Shown here in pieces: positions 19,053 through 26,667 of a stretch of DNA of 26,667 nucleotides. Where the stretch lies: the NCBI GenBank assembly GCA_008632985.1, contig QPGO01000174.1, forward strand, positions 124,001 through 150,667, read 5' to 3'. Each line of letters starts with the position of its first letter. Position 1 is the stretch's first letter. The position numbers and the translations under genes are program-made. The notes beneath the pieces are model-generated. The model saw only the letters and a list, made by a program, of their open reading frames with translations. It had not been told where the DNA came from and ran no database searches. Origin of the DNA: Psammoneis japonica (lineage: Eukaryota).

Positions 19053-22000
19053 ATGGCATCTGACGACTTTGCCCCGTCTGACGACGAGGTCGACCCTGAC
19101 CCTTCTTTCCAAATTACCGAGGACTTAAATTTTGATGAAATGGAGTGTTTCACCAACGGTTTTGGATTCGAATTGTTCCAACCCAAGCTCAAAAGCACAC
19201 TGCAACGCGTGCCTCGAAAAAGAAGTTTTTGGAGTCGACGAATTGGACCCCCTCTCCAGAATTCCTCGCTCTTCCCTTCCTTTGTCACAAGCCGAAGTTG
19301 CGCCGTGTTCCTCATGTTGCCGAAGTTATCCACACCAACAATGTTGCAAGGAAAACCCTTGGCTATCCCGACATTTGGCCCCACATCATGACTCGTGGTT
19401 GGTCCATTGAGAAATCCCGCCGTGCGAAAGGCGAACATGTCCTGCGACACAAAAATCTCGAGGAGGCTCTGCATTTCTCCAAAACATCCGGAGAGACAGA
19501 AAAAGAACAGCATGACCGCATGCTTCTTCACCGTAACATCCAGGTGATGGTGGAATTTGTTTGTGCGATCATCACCGGAGATGACCCAAATGATCCTTTA
19601 TCCGGCAAGCCTTGTTTCCGATTTTTGCGGTGCAAAAGTCTCCAAAGTTTGATCAACGATCAAGCCCAAGACCTCCACAGTGCCCATTTTGTCACTGACA
19701 TCGTCATGCGTTACGTTCAGTGCAAGCCCAAGGACATGGACTGTTGGTTTTTGAAGATTTTCCATCACGTCAAAACCCAAAAGGAATGGCGCCTCTTTGT
19801 TGATGGCTTTCTGGTTGTGTGTGACACTGACGATCCTGGTGCCCAGGCGGATGAGATCAAGGGGTTCCTTGACGACTCAACCGGCAACATGAAGAACACG
19901 GTGACAATGCAAGGCGATTCCCTTGCATGCCGTGAGGCTCATGAAGAAAAAATCAATTCCATGTTGAATCACGAATTTGGGAAGCGTTGTCCCAAGGAGC
20001 AAATTGGCATCCGACCTGGGCACAGCAAGCAGCTCACAATGCTCCATTGCAGAATGCGTGATCAGAGGGCCGGCTGCTTGGAAGATGACAATGAACAAAT
20101 CTACAACTCCAAAACCAAACGCAAAATTAGGAGGACCCGCAAGGATGGCACCTGTTTGTACGATGGCAAGAACCCCCCCCCACCTCCCGCCTTCTGCCTT
20201 TCCGCCTGCATCTGTCGTCTCAATGTCTCTTCTCACACCCCATGATTGTTCACGACCCACCAGAGCCTTCCTTGACCATTCCCAACAAGAAGGCCAAGCC
20301 TGCATCTCGCAATGAACAAGCCCCTCCATCGCTTTCTGGCAATGTTCCGTCGTCTGGGGAGGCGCGCCGGACTCTCACCACCGACCTTCCGTCACTCTCA
20401 GAAATTGTGGAAAACCCAAAACCTGCTTCTACCTCCAAAGGTCCTTCATCCAAACCTCATTCCTCTCCTCCTTCTGTTTCAGCCAATCCTCCTGCAGTTA
20501 CGTCTCCTCCTGGTGACCCTGACGACATGTCGTGGCTGGACCTGTCCACACTCCGCGATCGCTTTGACCCGTCTGAGTGTCGACCCGTCACCACCGAGGA
20601 AGTTTCTTCTCATTTGTCACACCTGCACATCATTGACAAAGCCACCGACACTGATCGGGTGCTTCATCATTCTGCCGCCGACTTTTGCCTGGCGGGTGAC
20701 TTGCGGGAAAACTGGCACACATTCTCAAACAATGCGCCATTGTGTGATTCCGCCACCGCATCTCGTGTTCGAACCGAGCACCCTCCTGACCTTGATCACT
20801 TCTCCAAGGAACTCTCCGTCGCCCATCAGGCTAACTCTCTGTACAAGGGGCACTTCGGGTGCCTTCGTGCATGCATTTCTGCCCTTCTTCTGTTTGTTTT
20901 GTTGAAGGGAGAGTCCGATTTGACACGTGACGGACCGGTTGCAGTTCAAAACGGCGAAGCACGCAGGATAAAGTTCGGTTGTGCTGGGAGAGCACATCAC
21001 CCCAAGACGCCTGGTTCTGCCAAACTGGCTAAACCAAAGGCCACTTACGGACTTGATGTCTTTGAGTCCAATGACAACTTTGACGCCAACAAGACCTCCA
21101 AAATCAAGGCGATGGCAGCCGACATCCTTGACTCGATTCAGCTTTGCGAAAATGAGGTAGAGCTGAAAAAACTGAGCAATCCACCACCATTTGACTGGTC
21201 ACTTCGGCACGAGGAATGCTCGCAAAAGTTGGGCAACGAAATGGGCTGTCTCTTCTTCAAACGTGAGGACGCCACTGTGCAGGGATTGTGCATTTCCGGG
21301 GTCAAGTCTGTGATGGTCACCATGACAATAAAAACTGCACCTGGCGTCGACATGGGAAGACAGCTGCCGGTTGCTTCTTCATTGTGGATGCCTTTGGCGA
21401 CATCTGGTCCTTCAAGGTTGTTGCCAACAGCAGAAGGACCATTGGTGAATGCCACGATGACCAGTGCGACATGAAGCCTGTGCTTGCTCGCATGCACCAC
21501 AATCGAGCTCAGCTTGATTTTGCACTTAAAGACTTGGACTTGCAGCATGATGGTCCCACCCACCCCGATGTGTCGCTTTCCAGCATTACATTCAAGCATC
21601 TTTCCCTTGACAACAACAGGCCGTGGGACAATGTTCTCATTGGTGGAGGTGGCGACTCTTCACATGTCGAGGTGTGCATGGATCGACTCAAGTTCCCGAC
21701 TTTCCCAGTCAGGGACTTCCACTTGTCTGCCCCAGTCACAGTGATCTGCCGTTTCAAGAACATTGTGTGCCGATCGGGTCCCGACCCAAAACGAGTCATT
21801 CGTTTGGCAATCCATGCTGGTTGTCCCACCGGATGTCACCGATTTTACTGCATGGGGGACAAGTGTCTTCCCAACCTTTGTTGCAAAGGTGCTGACCCGT
21901 TTGTCAACTTTGCCGATTGCTTGCAGAACACATTTGGGGTGCCATGCGGTGACCCACAGGTGGGTGGGATCAGCCCCACCAATTTGACGTACGAGAAATT

Positions 22001-23069
22001 TTGCGATGCATTTCTAGACCCTTGTTGCGTCGGAACCGCGAATGACCTAATTGACGCAATGGTGGAAGAAATCTGTGCTGCACTTCTCTGGATAAACAAC
22101 AACGTCAACACCAACGAGTTCTGTCCCAACTTAATGGAACAACGGTGCAAGGCAGCGTGTGATGCTTGGGCAGACCGGGGAGCAGATTTCAGTGAGATTC
22201 ATCTCATGTTGGTGCTGCAATGTCTGGTGCTGGCAGGTGTCGCAGTGAAAGACCATCCAAGACTCAATGACATCATCTGTCCTGTCTTCAATTCGGGAGC
22301 TGCCGCACAACTGGGGCATGTTCAACCGGAAGAAAGGCCGCTCATGCACCAAAGGATGTCATCTGAAACAGGAACCGAAGAGCACGGTTGGAACGGAACC
22401 GAGCACAAACTTTGTGAGAATTCAGACAATTGCTGCACCTGTGTTTTTGATCATGTTTTCCAAGGACCCTGTTCAGGACAAGACCTGTTTACCTTCTCTC
22501 CCTCTGGGCAGTGTCTCCGCAAGCCATGTGGGTCAACCGAGTGTGAAATTTTGGAGTGTGTTGACGACGACCCCAACCTTTGCCAATCACAAGACAATGC
22601 TGAATCGCACACATTTGTGTGTGAATCAGCCGTGCAATCAGATGGTGCCAGTGTTTTCTCTGCTGTTGATGGACTGCCCGCGTACAATGAACTTAGCTCA
22701 TTGTCATCGGAGGAGTCTAGACTCACCGCAAACAATGAACTTAGCTCATTGTCTTCGGAGGATTGTCAATTTGACGCGGAGAAAGAACTAAGTTCATTGG
22801 ATTCGGAGGAGTCTCGACTCGCCGCAGACAATGAACTCAGCTCATTGTCTTTGGAGGAGTCTGTGTTGTCGGAGGACTGCTCGTGTCCTGATTCTGACTG
22901 CCGCGTTCCAATTGTCATGGTAGATTCTGTTGTCCTTCAGTCGCAGGATCAAGAATCCGATGAAGATGACACAAGCAATGCAACCGCGTGCGATCGACCC
23001 GAGCCACCGGTCCTTTTACAAGCACAAGATTTTGACATGGACAAACATGTGAATGCCATTTTTGAGTGA
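19053..23069 (+). pseudogene. Long frameshifted cargo ORF with unknown N-terminal domain, Pro/Ser linker, HxDxxN-containing domain, helical domain ending ExxLCE, and acidic tail
   Basis: ccATGg at 19053 (MASDDFAPS...). The protein-like reading passes through ORFs 19145-20245, 20242-21474 and 21288-23069, with apparent frameshifts near 19210, 20180-20240 and 21300. Cys/His-rich and Tyr-poor. Confidence 0.6.
22686..22862 (+). repeat. 48-bp coding tandem repeat, about 3.7 units (NELSSLSSEESRLTAN-like)
   Basis: Units start at 22686, 22734, 22782 and 22830. Confidence 0.92.
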
Positions 23070-24016
23070 GTCCATCAACAGCCGAAGAACTCCCACAATT
23101 GTTTGGTGTCATGTTTTTCACAAATCTCAACCCGCAACATGACTCCTCCTGTGCTTTTGTTTCACATTGTCATGTCATCCCCAGACAAGATGGAGGTGCA
23201 AATGTCCTGTGGCTTTGCATGACGAGGCCCGTCATGGCCGGAAACCTGACATTAGATGAGATGTGTTCAGACCGTGGCGTGGAAGCTGTCCGATCCACTC
23301 AGCAAAGAAGAGATGAGGCAAGGTGTCAAGTCGTTCAGGATCTCCACACGAACTCAAATGTTCGTGCATGCACTGTGTCCCTGCAGGATGGCAGCCCCGC
23401 TTGTCACTTGAGTTGCAACATGTCCGCCAAGAATTTTGCCCAAAGGGTCAAGACGCGGTTTGGAACAGTGATTGATTTTAAGAAAAGTGGCTTTGTTCAG
23501 ATCTGCATGGACTGCTGCTGGATGCAAAAAGGGGAGTGGCTGCAGTCGACACTCGGAAATCGCTTCTTTGGCGAAAACCTGAGGGATGTGATGGAAACGT
23601 TGTTTCATCCAAAGCTCCAGAGGTGCCGCATCATAATCCCGTGCACCATTTGGTCACTGACCCAAACCGTGCACAACTTGGATGACATTTTGGAGTGCGC
23701 ACTGGTGCAGGCCATGACACAGGACATGGCACATGAAACAGTGACGCTCCACCAGGCTTCCCAGGAGATCATGGAGGAGCACCGTGTGGATTGGCTGGGA
23801 AAACCATCTGCCCAGGAAGCATTGCATTTGGGAGTCACGGAACAGGAAATTCGGGAAACGCTGCCACATGAAGAAGCTGATTCAGTCCCAGAGTTCCTGC
23901 GAGAGTGTGGAAATTACAACCCGAAGGAACCATTCCCGTTCCTGTCCTTTGACAGGAGAATTCCTGATTTTGGGGATGAGTTAAGGAAATGGCCTGGGAG
24001 TTGTTTGCTGTGCTAG
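23066..24016 (+). pseudogene. Decayed cargo ORF, 316 codons, possibly the frameshifted C-terminus of the upstream ORF; possible Rossmann/methyltransferase-like fold
   Basis: Open frame ending in TAG, with alternating strand/helix pattern VLWLCM...RDEARC...CTVS...HLSCN...FVQICMDCCW...IIIP. Only one Tyr in 316 aa. Confidence 0.5.
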
Positions 24017-24130
24017 TTCCCAGTCGGATTTGTGAGTGGATTGTCAAAGTGGGTGAGTGAACGTTGTCTCTGTTGTCCTTGTCGTCCCAATTGAGTTTTC
24101 TGCTGCTGTTGTCGGATGCTCACATGCTTT

Positions 24131-26667
24131 TCACCTGCTTTTGTGAAACAGCTCTCCCCATGTGTTTCTGCGGTCTTGAACTGCCCAAACATGCTTTGTC
24201 CTGTCGTGTGTCTCAGCAATGCCGGGTTGCTCCTCATGCACCAACAATTTGTCACCAACAGCGTCGATGGGCACCAAGAAAAGCTTGGGTGAGCACACTG
24301 TTTGTTCAGTGGAGGACAAGTTGTTGTTCTTCACTTGGTCCAATTTCCAGCAACTGACCAGGTCGGTGTGTTGCATTCGTTCAACCATGGCACGCTTGTT
24401 GGGCTGGCACGTGCAAGGGTGAACGACCGCGTGCAAGTCACCGTGGCTTTCCCTTTGGAAGAAACAGTGAAGTCTTGATGGGAAGCACAATTCCCCCCCA
24501 GTTGTGCCAAAGTTAACATTCACCCAGTCGTGAACCGGTCCTTCGCTGTTGCAGTCTGGGTGTGCGCGGCAAGTGTCTTTCCCGTTCTTGTGGCGGAATT
24601 CGGTTTTGCAAACAAGGTTGACGGTGAGGTTGCCTCCTGCTCCAACGCATTCCCTCCACTTCTTTTGAAAGAAATGGAGCAGGACCGGGTGAACCTGACA
24701 TTGTTTTTGCTTTCCGTGCCAGAGAAAGCTCACTGCATTGTTTGTCGCACTGCAGGTGATGGCAAAGGTGCTGCCACCCAGTGTGTGACTGTCGTTGCCA
24801 CGTGTGACGTCCTTTCGTCCAACTCTCGATGTGATCCATGGGTTGGCCGACAACGCACGGTGCACCTTCATTTGGTCTTGCATGCGCGACGCAACCTGAC
24901 CCAGGAAGATGTCAAAGCTGCGTTGTTGTGCCGTGGCAGAGGGCAATTTGAAAAAATCCTCAAGCAAAGATTCTCCAAGACCAGCGTCAAAGTTCATGGC
25001 ATGACGGAAATGACATAGAAAGATTGGAAGGTGAAGAAGCTCGTGAAGTTTTTGCAGCTTCCACCCAGCCCCTTCGTGTCTGGGGAGCATGTACGACGAG
25101 ACACCAGCAACCAAATTTTCTTTGTGATTTTGGTCAGGTCAGTTGTGTTGGTCGGTGGGTCGCCGAGTCGACACCAAGCATGGAAGGTGAGCAGGTCTTC
25201 CAGCAACTGGAGCATGTGCCTGACACTGCAACTGAAGGGGCTTTCTCTTTTTTTTCCTTTTCCGTTGATTGTGGCTGTTGCCTTCATCCTCGGACTCGTC
25301 CGGTTGTTGTTCCACATGATCGTCTTCATCCGTTTTGTACGGATCATCTGTTCCATCATTGGAATGATGATTGTTGCCATTGTCGCACTCTTCCGGCATG
25401 TGACAGCGATTGATTCGGAACCCAGGCATCCCACGCCCTGACGGCAATGGAGGATTGTCTTGGTCTTCCTGGAGAAAACAAGATTCGCAGACATCTCTGC
25501 CTTCCTTTGTCAGCAGCAACAAACAAAAAACAAAGGCCACCCCCGCCCAATGATGTGAGTTGAGGTGGGTGAGTGATGTTGCCCCGCCCTTGAAATTGGT
25601 TCGTAAGAAAGAATTGCACGTGGATCGGTGATTGCCAAACATTTTTTCCACTGATCTGTCGACCTCGCTTCTCACTGAGTTTGTCATGCTGTCGACAAAA
25701 ACACCAACCTCCCTTTTTAAAGTTCCATTTTCAAAAAGGTGCTTCATGTCGCTTGCCGTGGAAAGGGTTGCTCCAAATGGCTGTTCTCTGAAATCTGCAC
25801 CTGAGCAAGCTGTTGGTGGGCACATTGTGCTGCTTCATGCAATGAAGCTGCTGTGGCCAGTGGTTCCTTTCTTGCTCGTCAAGACTGAGATCATTTGCGT
25901 GGTTCTGGACTGACAAAATGTCACCAGCCCTGACTGGTTCGCACTCCTTCCAAGGGTCGTCAAGCTCATTGCATCCGGTCATGCAAAACCTGGAACAACG
26001 TTGGTGACAGTTCTTGGCACCACACCTGCCCACAAGGCAGTCACCACTCTTCGCATCTCCGTTGATTAGGATCATTGTTGGAATGACATGAAGGAAACGT
26101 GTCTCATCACCGTGTCGAACGCAGCAGCGAAAGCCACCGTTTTCCATCATGTCCAGCAGAGGCTGGAGCATTGTTGCTAACACCTTGTGACAATCCCGGA
26201 TGCTTTGGCCCCTCTCCGACTTTCGAGCGTTGGATTGCTGTTTGGCGGTGGAGGAGGACATTTTTTCTAGGTCGGGAATGTAGCCAAGGACACGCCACTT
26301 TGCTCTGTCATGCCATTGGTTGCAGGCAATGTGAGCCGACGCAACTGTGATGGGTTCTCCGCAGGAAGACGACATGGAGGCTGTCTTCCCAGTCTTGTCA
26401 ATGTAAATTGTCAAACATTCGAGGAACTCTTTAAGAGGATCCGAGACCCTGGCTGCGTGCACACTTCTGTGCCACTCTCCTGCCAAAACACACTTGTCAT
26501 GCTTTCCCTTTGAGACACACATTCCACATGGATCGGCAGTGTCAGCAAGATCACTGGGGTTGGCCCATGTGCAAGCATCCAGCATGAACGATTCCCACAC
26601 ATCTTTGAAATTCCATCGCGGAACTCTCACTGTTGTCTCGCCGCGTTCCCATTGACGCTTTCTAGGT
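24131..26667 (-). pseudogene. Plavaka-type transposase pseudogene with at least 3 frameshifts; 5' end outside the window
   Basis: Motifs in expected order across ORFs 26630-25731, 25825-25139, 25494-24994 and 25114-24131: IYIDKT, GEP, WRVLGYIPDL, INGDAKSGD, SRFC, DMKHLFENG, RTNFKGG, LLTFHAW, PRHEGAGWKLQKLHELLH, NFDAGLGE, RAHPD...DWV. Confidence 0.8.

Larger units (their letters stand above)
18954..26667. mobile_element. Large decayed Plavaka (CACTA/EnSpm-related) DNA transposon with convergent cargo ORFs; left boundary uncertain, right end outside the window
   Basis: Transposase remnant on the - strand lies tail-to-tail (about 115 bp gap) with about 5 kb of frameshifted + strand coding sequence that shows the same mutational decay. 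No terminal repeat pair or target-site duplication is visible in the window. Confidence 0.55.

Noticed and set aside
14037..26630. Dozens of overlapping 60-240 aa ORFs on both strands as real genes
   Set aside because: Explained by loss of TAA/TAG in TpA-depleted DNA. Most are shadows of the pseudogenes listed and have no motifs.
19053..26630. Alternative genetic code or genuine Cys/His-rich metalloproteins
   Set aside because: Neighbouring intact genes use Tyr and standard stops normally. The Cys/His excess falls at expected Tyr positions and TpA loss extends into non-coding DNA.
1..26667. Classical RIP or CpG methylation decay as the cause of the compositional bias
   Set aside because: RIP increases TpA, and CpG decay removes CpG. 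Here TpA is lost while CpG remains, although some CGA->TGA stops suggest CpG decay also occurs.

Overview
Eukaryotic genomic DNA. It has a GT-AG intron with a CTAAC branch site and eukaryotic transposon types; the gene families suggest a stramenopile, probably a diatom (inference). Two intact genes encode type-II membrane glycosyltransferase-like plus methyltransferase fusion proteins (1892-3787 +; 13767-11070 -, one intron). Two related glycan-modifying genes are broken: a SAM methyltransferase pseudogene and a sulfotransferase-like gene with one premature stop. Mobile DNA comprises a PIF/Harbinger-type MITE, a 5'-truncated RLE-type non-LTR retrotransposon with target-site duplication, and a large decayed Plavaka/CACTA-like element with cargo ORFs that runs off the right end; there are also many short tandem duplications. 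The most striking signal is that about 1-1520, 14040-15900 and 17800-26667 have almost no TpA while CpG persists. Paralogous repeats show TA vs CA vs TG at aligned sites, and normally conserved Tyr codons read Cys or His. This points to a regional, double-strand-symmetric TpA->TpG/CpA hypermutation of repeats and duplicated genes, opposite in direction to fungal RIP. All counts are hand counts, and all family assignments come from motif recognition, not database searches.
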